64,000 nucleotides of DNA from Takakia lepidozioides (GCA_030704615.1 CM060731.1:36580001-36644000), one strand, 5' to 3'; numbered from the stretch's first letter, positions 37,107 to 50,324 are shown. Notes: generated by a model from the letters alone, not told the origin. Numbers and translations are program-made.

Positions 37107-40100
37107 AAAAATGCAAAGTCTAAGCAGGGAGAAACAGAAGAGAAGGGCTCTGGAGAAGGGACGACTCCACGAAGAGTTGAGAACAGCGAAGACACAGACG
37201 ATCCTGAATTGCACTACCTTGACAAGGTGAAAGAGCTTATGTCATATCAAAAGGTAAATTCCCAGGAGGTTATTAGGGACATGATCATATCTGGAGGACG
37301 CCTTGAAATCCCTCTATGCCGCATGATCTCCATGCCTGTTGTTCGTCCTCCACTATCGCATGACATTACCAAGTTGGAAACAGATTTTGTGCACGAGTAC
37401 AGAATGGGTGCACAAGTATTCTACGTCTCACTGAAGGATATAAATGGTAACAGCACAAAAGTGAGCCCAGAGATAACAGACAACTGGGATGATTGCTGAA
37501 AGGATGTGAATGACGAGTTCGAGGACTCCCTGCTACTTGGACATAACACCCAGCAGTTCTGCAACCACATGTTCTATGATTGGGACGGGAACTATCGTCT
37601 TCTTGATTGGATGGGGTACATTGCGAAACACCATTCAAAAGACAAGGACAAGCATTGTGCTATGGAGGCAATGGTTCTAGATCTTGGGAATGACATCGCG
37701 AGGCTTCTGACTGCTATGCATGACGTGGACAAGTAGGACATCCTAATAACCCATTGCCTTTCAAATTGCAAGTTGTGCGCATTTAATGTCGAATCGTTGA
37801 ATATTTCTAACCTATACAATGTCTGTTCTCTAATTGCATATCGACAGAGAAATCGCATGTTACTACGAGCTTGGTCCACACACTTTTCCGTATTCAAAGA
37901 ATTGGCTTGATGAAGCTTGATGAGTTCCGCACAATGCTACATCCGGATGTAATCAAGAAATGCGAAACAGGAAGAGACTCGTTGACCCGAGATGCATTTC
38001 TGGAGTATATGTATGCGGTATGGCCCAACCCACATCTTCCTATCTTCTTCAAAACGTATTTGTAATCCAATGTGTTCTTATCCAATCGTTGTTACATGCA
38101 GCAAGAACTGGCAGAGGCCGCCGAGAGGGGGAAATCTGAGTACTACCGCACTACAGCAGAAGAGCTAAGGACTGCTAAAGGTGTTGGAGCAGCCATAAAG
38201 AAGGAGTACGAGATAAGGAGGACAATGCTGATGTCCGCCTTCCTGAAGCAGTTGAGAATTGTGGATCCCGGACTTGGGGAGGAGTTCCTTCTCCAAATCA
38301 AAGCCCACTATGACAAGCATGTACATCCAGAGATGTTACAGGAGAAATTGCACAGGCTGGCTCTCTCCATGGTCGACCCCCAGACAAAAGTTAGATGGCT
38401 TGAGATTTGGAACTCGGATCAGACGGTGAAGGATCTGAATCAGTTCCCAAAAAGCACAATCCAGCCTGGAACAAAGGACGAGGGAATAAGTGACATTGTC
38501 TTCGATCAGTGGCTTCACAAGGCCACATTTTGGAGTCAGGTATTTGTGGATTGTGCATATTGTATATGAATTATCCTTTAGCTTTGTCGTGGGCAGTTCT
38601 GATAGATGTTCCCATTGCAGTTGGAGAAACGCGCCATTCTTGTCCTGGAGCAGAATTTGAAGGACTTGAATATTTCAATGATCTCACCACCACAGATGTC
38701 CTTGGAGGCGTATATTAGAAAGTGCAAAGGTCTCACTTGGCGGTACTGTTTCTTCCGCGAATTCTCCAAGGATGGTAACATATTGAGGTCGAACGATTTC
38801 AACAGTCAAGTTGGAGGGGAGTGGGCAATGATGCGTGTTGTGTACAGGTGCAATATCTAAATCCTATCCATCAAAGTCTTTGAAATATTGTAATGCCTGA
38901 TTGGGAAAGCTTAATTTTTTCTGCTCTGTTACACATCAGTTTGGTGATGGTCGGTACCGATCATCACTTCCACTACTCCGGTCTTCTCACGTCATCCAAA
39001 TGAATATTGCAGATGATGTCCATGTTTCCATTCTGAATCATGCCTCTGTTAACATAGGCAGTCTGTTTCTGTTGAATGAAGTGATGATCGGTGCCGATCA
39101 TCAAATTTCCCAGTTGTGCAGCGTAGATAATCATAGGGATTTGCCAATCCATGTTGCATTCTATCATTTGAATATGGTGATCGCCACCGATCATCACTTT
39201 CTGTTGCTTTTTGATATCTTGTTTTTGGGTTGGTGCTTGTTTGAGCATCCACAGGTACACTAAATATGTTCTGATGGAAGGAAAACACCTGAGTGGAATC
39301 CCAGATTACCTGGACATGTGGTCCGACCCTGCCAACAATCCCACCATGTACACAGCTGGAATCTTGAGGGATTGGAGTCTTGCCCACTTCAGGGACTGTG
39401 GATGGTACCTCGAGTGCCCTCCAGAGCACACGACGTTTCAAGAGCAGCAAATGAAGTATTTGAACAACCATGCGGAGATGCTGGCACCTTTGAACGACGA
39501 AGAGTACGAGAGGAACATAGCGTCATTGGCCGCCAAGGAGCCAGACGCGCAGGGAACTCCACAGAAAGGCAGGAAGGGGGGTCAAAAGGTGAAAGACAAG
39601 GATCCAAAGGCTTCGGAGGGAGTAGCCAAGTCGCCTAAGAAGGCAAAGGAGAAAGAGAAGTCCAAGGAGAAGGGCAAAGACAAAGATGAGACAGCTGGGA
39701 GGCACAACAACACTATTGAATACGTTTCTGATGCCAAGCCACACCCTTCCCGTTCGGACTTGGCAGGGCAGATCAAGATTCTCAATGAGAGATGGCTGGC
39801 GATGATGGAGACTCGGAGAAAAGGGTACTCGGGTGTGTCATCACCGACTTGGGATAACATGATTTCTTTTCTTAATCTGGTAAGAATCTTTCTCTTCACA
39901 TGGGACATTCGAAATTATCAATGCCAATGTAGATGTTGGTTTCTCTTGGGACCCTCATTTTTTCTTGTATTAAAATTGGACCTGTATGTTGCAGGTGAGC
40001 ACTGGACCCTCATTCGTATGCGGTGTTTGAAAAACCTTTGCCGCTGACATGGTCATCCTTGACATCCCAGACGGCCAGCCTGTCCCCGACGTTCCTCCAA

Positions 40101-41454
40101 ATGGAAAGACTCCATCCTGGAACAAATTCGATGAGAACTACTGGAGTTGGGTATTCGGGTTCTGCAATAATTTCCTTTCAGATGCAGGAACGCTTTTGCT
40201 CTTCCAGTCATGTGACAAGGATAGTCGTAGGGGACTGGCATCATACCTGAAGTCGTTTGGGTTCAAAATTCTGAGGACATGGAATTATGTGAACATCCTC
40301 TACCTTCTGAAAGGTGGTTTCCCTAGACAGCTGGTATGGCACCACCCTCCTCTGTTCTGTTTTCCATGTCTTCTTGTTTCTGCTGGCTTGCTCTACCACC
40401 ATCTGTGATGATCGGCAACGACTATCACAAATACATTCGGTTATAGTTTTCATTTGCAGTCCATGTTTTGTTCCTTCCTGTGCCAGACATCCTCCAATAT
40501 TTCCATTTCTCACCCCTATCTTCCATCTTTTCAAGATGAGGATGTTTGAGGCAATCTGCCTGAGGAGGATTTGCACCTCCAAAACACCATCCTCCGTTCG
40601 CAGCTTTGAAATTTGCGACCAGGGGTGTTTTATCAACCCCCCTTATGAACCGCATGTGGATGACATGCTCTACAATTTCATGCACTCTAGTCAGACAGCC
40701 AAAAGACCAGATGGGTTTCCGTGGAGAGGTGCAAGGGAGAGAACCCCAACGTTCATGCAGACGCTCTTGGAGTCATGCATTCACCATTCTGCAAGGGTGG
40801 TCGACCTCACACTATCCACAGGTTCGTTGGTTCAATATTGTTCCCATTTTTGAGTTCTTCCAGTTTGCATCCGATTTGGAATCCTCCACAACATTCTTGA
40901 TGCTTTCTGTTTTGGCAGGTGCGACTTATCGTGCTTGCAAGGTTGGCGGGAGAAGCCTTTTTGGCATGGAGGGCGACACCGAACTATTCAAAAGTGTCCT
41001 CCTCCCTCTTGTGTCTGGCTCTACGTCTGGCACACAGACTGAACAAATTCAAATCAGAAATGATGAGGATACCGAGGATAAGCAGATCGACAACGACTTT
41101 TCATGTGAGTAAGTCTGTCATAGAACTGTGATTCCAGTTTGGGTGCATGTTCAATTTCGCAGACATCAAATTTGCAGTAATAATTTTTATCATGCTGTGA
41201 CTTGTAGGAACGACAGCGATGGATCTTTAGGAGAAACCCCCATTTGTGGCGAGACTGTTTTCGACAGTCCCCTTTCCACTTTTGTGCTTCATGTGTATGC
41301 CGAAGCAATGGCACTTCAAATGGCCGAGGCTCTATCCCCTGATTTCTTTTTGCCCGATCGCAGGTGTAGCCATCGTAGATCTGGAGTTCTTAAATTCTTG
41401 GACTTGGATGTAGAGGAGACGGGGAAACATTGTACTGACTCTGAGTCAGACTGA
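37107..41454 (+). pseudogene. Diverged paralogue of the ParB-like + N6A/N4C MTase-fold gene
   Basis: EIPLCRMISMPVVRP, WDGNYRL (37584), ADMVILDIPD (40061), WRGARERTPTFMQTLLESC...VVDLTLSTG/ATYRACKVGGRSLFGMEGD. Premature stop at 37497. Confidence 0.8.
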
Positions 41455-42016
41455 ACTTTGCATTTTTAATGTTCTGTTTATATCCTCTTCGGTAATGATT
41501 GAGTTCCCTTGCCTCATTGCAGTTGTTTTGTCAGAAAAGAAAATGAAACAAACAATCCACTCGGATTGAAATGTCAATCTTCATGAATCCATCCCACATA
41601 CCCCTCAGAAAGTGTCTATTATATCCATTGTGCATTCATGTGCTGCGTATTCATGCATCCTCCATTCAAGATTGTTTTCCATTATTCAACATCCATTGTA
41701 CATTCATCCATTGCACTCTCATCCATCCAACATTCATCCATATGCTTGGATTGTTCCCACACATCCATCTATTTCTCAACCACTCTACATTCATCCATGA
41801 TGCGTTCATTTGTTGCTTTCAGGTGGGAATGACCACGTCCTTTTATTATTTCGTCCAACTTGTTTCCGCGGTTGAGGGTGCTCTTCCGCCGAAATACACT
41901 CTACTTCTTACTTGGCGCGCGTTGACGTGGCGTCACCCCGGCGACGTGGCGTTCTCTCCAGGTGACGTGCGTGAGCGTTGCTGCGCTCACACGCTCACGC
42001 CACCAGGCTCATGCCG

Positions 42017-43885
42017 AGGCATCCCTATCTTAATACGGTACAGATGGCCGACTTCACCTTGTTGGTTTTCGTTGTCGCAAATTTTCCGTTGCGGAGATCA
42101 ATTATGAAATCCATGACAAAGAACTTCTAGCGATTATCGATGCTTTTGAGGAGTGACGTCATCTATTAGAGGGAGCTCAACATCAGGTCACTGTCTATAC
42201 CGATCACAAAAACCTCGAGTATTTTATGAGTGCTCGTGTTTTGAATCGACGTCAAGCAAGATGGAGTATGTCACTAGCAAGGTTTGATTTTTGTTGTTAC
42301 CTACCGTCCCGGACATCTTCAAGGAAAACTAGATGCTCTTTCTCGACGATCGTATCTTGCGCCAAAGGAATAGGATGCAACTTTTGACCAACAGAAATCC
42401 ATCATCTTGAAACCAGCAAATCTCCAATTGAATATGTTATCTATGTCCACCTATGACGATGCAGAGATCATAAAGGAGATTCAGGAAGCACTGAAGAGCG
42501 ACCAATTTGCTACGACACTACGAAGTCAACTAAATCGACCTCGAGACAACCCACATGTTACAAACGACTTCGAGTTCAAAGATGGCTTACTTTATTTCAA
42601 GGGACTTCTCTATGTATCTCCAGGACCTACACGACTTCGAATTCTTCAAACATGTCATGATCTTCCGACTGCAGGACATTTCGGCTTCAACAAAACAATG
42701 GAATTGATATCCAGGGACTATTGGTGGCCGCAGATGTGAAAACTCGTGAAAGAATTTATAAAATCTTGCGACACGTGTGCTAGAGCAAAGGGACCACGAC
42801 ATCGACCTCACGACCTTCTTCAACCATTACCCATTTCCAAGGGTCCATGGTCGTCCGTGTCTATGGACTTTATTACGGACCTTCCAATCTCCAAGACCAC
42901 CGATTCAATCCTTGTTATTGTAGATCATTTTACAAAGATGACACATTTCATCTATGTAATTAGACGGCGAGGAAACTGCAAGACTCTTCCTCAATAATAT
43001 CTACCGCATTCATGGACTCCCGAAGGACATCGTATCTGATCGATGACCACAGTTCATATCAAATTTTTGGAGGGGATTATTTCACATATTGGATACTAAG
43101 ATCAACCTTTCTACAGCTAATCATCCATAGACTGATGGTCAAACCGAACGTGTAAACCAGATTTTGGAGTAGTATCTTCGTTGTACGATAAATTATCACC
43201 AAGATAATTGGACGGACCTTTTGTCATTGGCTGAGTTTGCCTACAACAACACTATACATTCTTCGACCCAACAAACTACATTTTTCTCCAATTATGGTCA
43301 TCATCCTCGAGCAAACCATTTCCACATGAAGACTATCGGAAGCCCAGCTGTAGAAAACCTTGCTACTCATCTTGCTACGATTCACAAGGAGCTTACATTC
43401 TACCTCGCAGAAGCTCAAAAACAATACAAGGAGTATGCAGATCAACGTCGCCAACTCCAACCCCAGTTCAAGGTCGGAGATCGTGTGTGGCTTCTTCGAC
43501 GGGACATATAAACCTTGCGACCATCAAGGAAATTGGATTATCAACGCCTGGGCCCATCCAAAATTATTCGACAAATAAATCCGGTCAGTTTTCGGCTTGA
43601 ACTTCCACGAAGTATGCGCGCATCCATCCAGTCTTTCATGTTTCATTATTGAAGTTGTATCATCCATCAAATATTCCAGGGAGAGTCTCCGTACCACCTC
43701 CACCAATCGAAGTCAATCAGGAAATTGAGTATGAAGTCGACGAAGTCCTAGACTCTCGCATCAAGTATAAACGTCTTGAGTATTTCGTACATTGGGAAGG
43801 CTACGACATCAGCGAACGAACGTGGGAACCTTCATCCAACCAAATGCATCTGACAAAGTCCAAGAGTTTCATCAACGATATCTAG
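42017..43885 (+). pseudogene. Chromovirus pol 3' half: RNase H, integrase, chromodomain
   Basis: [22 protein letters not shown]...CDTC, SMDFITDLP, TDGQTERVNQ, EYEVDEVLDSR...YFVHWEGYDISERTWEP. Many stops. Confidence 0.92.
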
Positions 43886-44295
43886 CTAAGCCCCGAGCTA
43901 CACGTCAATAAGACGTCACAACGATGATGTCAGCCAAGTTAGCTTCAAGGTGAAGACTCTATATTCAATGTATCTAATACACGCTAAGGAGGGAGGAGCA
44001 CCACACATCAGTATATATAGCTACACTTCCAGTACTCTTGCATCTTGTATTGGCAGTATGGAGTCACATGAACCAGATACATTGAGTTGTCGCTTATCCA
44101 ACTACCAGATCAGCCGTTCCGACTTTCACGACCTTCAACATCACGCCAACGCTCTCGAGATGATAGACCACCAATGCGACACGTACTTCCTCGTCTGAAC
44201 CCCGTACGACGACAAATGGAGCCTACTCGAAGTCTGATAATTCTATTGGAGGTTGAGGCTTCAAACCCAGAGGGCAACGAAATCATGTTTGAAGG

Positions 44296-45394
44296 TGTCA
44301 AGGACGAGAACATGACTGAACACAAACAAGAGATAAGATTAGAGGTACAAGGCTAGACAAGAAGTCAAGGTCGGCGTGGCCGAATGCACGATGAGTAAAT
44401 ATGAATCAAAACGATCTTTATAACAATGAACAAGAGTACAAGATATTGGAACACGACTTGAATACTGGAATGCTGGAAACTGGACTGGAGTACCAGATAC
44501 TGAAAACTGGGCTAGAGTACTGGGAACTGGAAACAAGAGTAGCTTGAACTGGTGTTGGCGAGACTGAAGAGTGTCCAGTCTCGCCTTCTATATATACTGG
44601 CTACTAAGAAGCTTCCCCTATGGAGGTTGTTTGCTGGAGAAGTTTCCAAGATTAAACAGAGGTTTCTAGATGGAGAAGCTTCCTTAAACAAAGAAGGTAT
44701 GTTGATGGAGAAGTTTCCTCCAAATGAAGCTTCCTGAGCAGTTTCCCAAGTTACTCTTGGTAATTTGGTAAACTCTCGGTAACTTGGTAAGTAATGGTAA
44801 ATCATGGTAGATCATGGTAAATCACGGTAATACATGGTAACTTCCGGTAACATGGTAACTTGGTAACTTCTGATATTTACTCCTGATAAGTTCTTCTGGG
44901 CTATGTCCGTGACATCACCCCCTCCTCTAGCGCCGAGTTCCTCGAGGAGCGGTAAAATCTTGGACTTGCTTAGAGTTAGAGAAAATCCAAATCCGGCGAA
45001 TGGTACTTGCCAAGTATTCGGCTCTTCGTTCTTGACTCAAATGATTTATAGGTCCCTGCAACCATCGATAGTGTCCAACACCTTGAACTTGGGACCACGC
45101 AGTGATTTAAGCATTCTGATTTTCGAAGCTGCCTTCAAACATGATTTCGTTGCCCTCTGGGTCCGAAGCCTCAACCTCCAACATAATTATCAGACTTTGA
45201 ATAGGCTCCACTTGCCGTCGTACGGGGTACAGACGAGGAAGTACGCATCGCATTGGTGGCCCATCGTCTCGAGAACGTCGGCATGATGTTGAAGGTCGTG
45301 AAAGTCGGAACGGCTGATCTGGTAGCTGGATAAGCGACAACTCCAATGTATCTGGTTCCTGTGACTCCATATTGCCAATACAAGATGCAAGAGT
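44296..45394 (-). mobile_element. 3' end of a second family C chromovirus in opposite orientation (3'UTR, PPT, LTR 44296-44914)
   Basis: PPT AGAGGAGGGGGTGA precedes TGTCACGGAC on the minus strand. 45131-45394 is the inverted copy of 44034-44295. Confidence 0.88.
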
Positions 45395-46456
45395 GTTAAG
45401 GCTTGAGCTTACCATGTGAAGCATTGAACTGGGCCATCTCTGTCTCTTGAGTAGGCTACGAGGAAAAGAAAGTCTTATGAGTATATTCTGTCTATTCGGT
45501 GCAAGAGACAACTAAGAGGGTGATATATCATGTACACGGAGATGGAGGAATATTGAAGGTTTGTACTTTCAATAAAAGGTGGAGGCTTCTTAGTTGAAAA
45601 TTATTTCAACGTCATTGTAGTTACAATCTATAATCGTCTACTACCTCACCTACATGATAAGCTTCAACGATACATGACCATGAATGTCTCTTATTACACT
45701 ATGAAATTGTAGAACATTCTTATTACACTAGATCTTGTGAGCACAAAATATGTGGTTTGCTTATGCATGGACGTTTTGCTGGTATAGCGTTGCCATGCGG
45801 GGATTGATCACCTACAGCTGGGGTTGAGCGGTAGTAAAAGAATGTGCGCTGTTCCAGCTCCTTAAAATATTAAGCTTCCCCAACTATTAAAATGTCTGAA
45901 AACAGATCGGAAATAGTTACATTGGAAAATTCAAAGCGTAATGGTCAATATCACTCTCCAGTTCATGGCTAAAAGGTGGTGACTCCTATGTTGATGACTA
46001 AAAGCCAGTGACTCAAATGTCCAGGCATTGCAGGTGGGTTCTGGGGTTGCATGCTGTAGATCCCTTACACATCTCCAGCTCATCTCTATTTGATGTCGCA
46101 TCAGCCGGGCAGAGGAGTATACCCTCTTAACCTGAAAAACAAATTGCCAAATCAAGTGTGAGTAAAATACCTTATAATGCCAACAGTCCATCTACAACAG
46201 TGATTCCTACATAAGTGTTAGAGATAGGGAATCTATTATGAAAAATAGATTGTTATATCAAGTGTGAGCAAAATAAAAGGGATAATGCCAGTTCAGTCTA
46301 TCTACGACAGTGATTCCTATATAAGTGTTATATACCAAGAATCTACAATGAAATGTACTCTTTATTCATTGATTGAAAGACAAGATAGACTTTTTATGAA
46401 ATGTATAAATATACCCGATGTAGATGTTGTTGTTTATCTACCTGATTCTGTTGGAC

Positions 46457-46914
46457 TTAAGCCATTCCATACACGTCCTCACCATCCGTAATAGCAAACA
46501 TGATTTTGCTAGTCATGGATTTCATGGTATCATAGTTGGGTATCTGAAACTCCTGGAAATATGTCCGAGCAAAAGGTAAAGCTAGTTTGGATATCGATGC
46601 ATCATGCACAATGGAGATTTTGTCAACCTCCGAGAAGTAATGAGAGTCCGTGATGAACTTGTGTAAACGATGTCTTTCATAGAACGTCATTGATTTCACA
46701 AGCTCCTCAAACCAAGAATGTAACTGTACTGGAAAACCAGGGTTATATGTGTTAGACAATAGAAATTCATCCGCTGTAAAAGCCAGTTTTGCATTGAACA
46801 CGGTGAGTAATGAGGTCGTTGTTATATGACATTGTCTTTACTGCTTCAAATCGTTGAACACATCGTGTGAGATTCGACCGATATCATCATTTTCTAAACT
46901 GTTGATGACAAAGT
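46457..46914 (-). pseudogene. HECT E3 ubiquitin ligase C-lobe fragment
   Basis: WFEELVKSMTFYERHRLHKFITDS...LPFARTYFQEFQIPNYDTMKSMTSKIMFAI...YGMA*. The catalytic Cys position is Tyr. Confidence 0.8.
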
Positions 46915-48160
46915 TGTCAAGTTAAATAAACACAGTGTGAAACTAACTAGAATAAAACTAGTTATTTGTATTTAACACTTGGATTTAATTCAAGTGTTAA
47001 GTCAGGTGTCAAGTTTGAGCTTGACACCTGAACTATCTTATCTTCACGAGAGCGTCAGTCGCGCAGCTCATCTCTCTCGAGTTGAGCCTGCGCGACCGAG
47101 CTCCTTCATGCTTTAGAATCTGAGTGTGCTTATGTAGGGGTATAGGTTGTTTGTGGGGTGGAGTCCCCATAGCTTGGGATGCCCCTGGCTCGACTTCTGT
47201 TTTAAAGAGTGATGTTGATGGATTCATGTTGTTTTCTTGTGTGAACAGTGTGTTTCTAGTTTTTCTTATCACTCGAGAGAGATCAGCTCTATCTAGTTTT
47301 CCAGTGCTAAGCTAGATATGATGTTTTTGTTTTTTTTTTTAGCACTATTATAATATAGCTTGGTCACAGGGATCAGAACAGGAGGCTTGAGATGTTGCTG
47401 CGATTTTTGTCAACCTGTGGTTATATCTAAGAGTGGCTGACTGCTTGGCTGGATGAGAGCCGTGCACCGCCGTAGGCAGGGAAGGCATCAGCTGACCTGA
47501 AGAATCGAGCTGATTCTGCTGCCCGCACCAACAAGAGAAATCTGGAGGATGGTACCGATCAGGTAGAGAATCTTGGCTCGACTATCCGACAGCAGGCTGA
47601 GAATCTGAAAGAAGCTGTCATTGGCTCCACATCCGATGCCAAGAAGGGTGCTGAGAGTAACGTTGGTAAGGCCAAGAACTCCACCGAAACGTCGTCTTGG
47701 TCAGATGTCTCCGCAATGTAGCTCAACCAGTTGTCGAAATCAGTATTGACAGGCTCGTCAGGGTAGGTGGAGACGATCTCAACGCAGGTGCTCCCCATCC
47801 ATGCCACGAAGGCCACCAGAATCCACAGGCAGGGTCGCCCCCGACATTTTTCTCCCATCGAACAACCTGGTAGAGGAAGACAGTCAACTACAAGGACCTC
47901 CGAGCTAGGGAGGTGCTTCAACCTGCGGACTCTTCCGAGTATCACACAGGAAAATGACAACACTCCAAAGCTGATGCTGCTCCTGCTACACGGGGGTGTG
48001 GAAGGTGAAGTACGAACTAAGGGGCGGACGTCCACACAAACTCTGCCCGCAGCAGACTGATCAGGACTAGCACGCGAGTCACAGTGCACTGCAAGGCTTT
48101 ATGACTTGAACGTGAAGAGCTGCAGGCAGAGGGAGGGAGGGGGAGCTCCAATTTACTGAA

Positions 48161-48241
48161 CGCAGTGATGGTGATGCCGTCATCATGTAAAATCAGAGCA
48201 GCGTAAGTGCAGGCAAGCTCGCTGTGCGCCACGGCGGCCAT
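48161..48241 (-). pseudogene. RPP1: Captured 5' fragment of 60S acidic ribosomal protein P1
   Basis: MAAVAHSELACTYAALILHDDGITITA matches the conserved P1 N-terminus (ELAC-x-Y-x-ALILHDD), then similarity stops. Confidence 0.85.
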
Positions 48242-50324
48242 CGCTTCTCAACAAGACGCCGCACTCGAGAATCCAGACAAAGAGAATCCAGAGAGCAGGG
48301 GCTGCCAAGCGGGTGCCTGTGAAGGAGGATCCCAGCACTGCAACCTTTGTTGGTAGATTGCAATTCCACCATTTCGGGCACTTGTAGGGCACGGTGTTTT
48401 GACCTTGTTGGGAACCTGCAGTGAATCGCGAAAAAAAAACAAAAAAAACAAAAAAACGTGGGAACAGTTTTTAATGGCGAGAACGTTTGGGTGTTAAAAA
48501 ATAAATAAATTAAAAAATTAAAAAAAAAACCTTTTCATCTAATTTAAAAGATTTAGAGCCTAATTGGTCATAACTTTGTCAGATGGACTCCGTTTGACTC
48601 AGTTTTTTGGGGGATAGTTGCAGAAAAGAGAAGTCTACATATATAGATAGGATTTTGTTTTTGGGACTCTGCTAAAAAACTATGGAATTTTTAGAGTGTG
48701 AGTGTGCCATGAAAGATCCACAATTCTGTTTCTAGAACCTGTTCTGGTCTATATGAGAGACAAATATGTGGATGTCCTCCTTGTATGGCTGGGGGAAATG
48801 AGGACGTAATTGAAGGGCAGGTCTCTCTTTTAAGCCTGTGACACACAAGGGGGCAAGATTTATGTTTCCCAAGGAACTCAGACTGATTGAGTGGAGAACA
48901 GTTGGACGAGTGATTGCATACGGGGAGTCAGGCATAGCAGTGGACAACAAACTGCTGTAGTGGCGTTGAGGGCCTCAATATTGCTTTGGACAGTCAGAAC
49001 TCTGTTGGAGCCAGGCAGTTCTGCAGATGTAGGTGGAATACCAAAGTGGGTGAAAGCTAGGCTTGGAAACACAGCCAAAGACAGCCCCGGGGACCAAGTG
49101 TTCAGTCCACAAGGCCGTGGTGTATTGGAGTAGAGGAGCAGGAGCTACACAAGTTTGTGGCAATCAGACAGCTTTGCCCGGACACGCTCTGCACAAGGCA
49201 ACCACGAGCGGGTTTCATTAGTGAGGACAATTTGTTCTGTTTGAAGGAGATGCAGTCATTCGCAATGAGGACACCCGCAACCGTCTCAAAGCTTTCGAGT
49301 TGAGAGACTATCAGACCCTACCTTTGTTTGCCGCTCCCCCTATCTTCGCTGCCCATATGTCACCTCCCTGACCACAAAATCGCCATGCAAGTCATATCCA
49401 GTACTCTCCGCACATGTCAGCTCCCCTCTACTAACATCCCAACATCCCCCCACGTGTCTGTCCCCCTACTTTGATCCCCATGTTCTGGGAGGGGCTAGGG
49501 GGTTCGCTCCCCTTCACATCTCCCCCAGCCTGCTCCCCCTTATGACCGCCCAGATCTCCCCACGTGTCGACATCACTGATCCCCACTTTTGGTGTTGTTG
49601 ACACGTGTCCAGTTCAGTGAGCGGGAGATAGCAGAGTGTTGCTTTGTCTCTACCTGGCAGAAAGAGGAGGAGGGTTGGATAGAGCGAGCTACTGTAGCTT
49701 GGGACAAGGTTAGTGGCAGGTTTCTGGACATAGATATACCTCCTACACCTTACCATTATGCAGAGCGATGCCTTTGAGAGAAGTCTGGCAGTTGATAGCA
49801 TAGATCAGGATTGATCTTGCTTTGGTCGAGCTTCTATTCTTCCCCTCCATCTTTGTAGTATTTTCATTACCTTGTACTTGTAGTTGCCAAAGCCTCTCTT
49901 GGTGGAGGCCAGTCAGTCCGGGGTTTTGGGCTGGGCTATTCTGCAGGATCAGCATTGCAGCTGGATTTTGGTGTGGGGGTGTTGATGTTTTGATTTCTTG
50001 TGTTGGGATCCCCCCCAGCACCTGCATGTTTGACTGTGCGCCATGTTGGTTTTGTGTGGGCGCTTGCTTTCATGGGATTAGGCCGGATTTGATCACCGGT
50101 CAATCCTAGAGTATGCTGTCGGTGGTGAGGCTGGAGTGATGACCAGCAAGACACCCAGTGTTTCTTCTATGGTGAGGCTGGGTTGATGACCAGCCAACCA
50201 TAGGAGTTCTTGCGGTAGATGCAGGTGCAGGTGCCCTGAGCCATTGGAATATGACCCTTAAACTGCAACAGGTGCCTACCTGTGTCACTATTAGAATTAG
50301 TAATAGAGCCTTATAGTGTCACGT

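Larger units (their letters stand above)
36397..42015 (+). mobile_element. Insertion within the chromovirus carrying a ParB-MTase paralogue; ends ill-defined
   Basis: Separates gag from RNase H, with PR and RT missing. Contains palindrome arrays and a spliced gene; no transposase in this segment. Confidence 0.6.

Noticed and set aside
45400-46450. Possible host gene
   Set aside because: Only short ORFs with no motif I could recognise.
48017-48241. Intact RPP1 gene
   Set aside because: Similarity ends after about 27 codons, no downstream exons are seen, and it lies within a retrotransposon.
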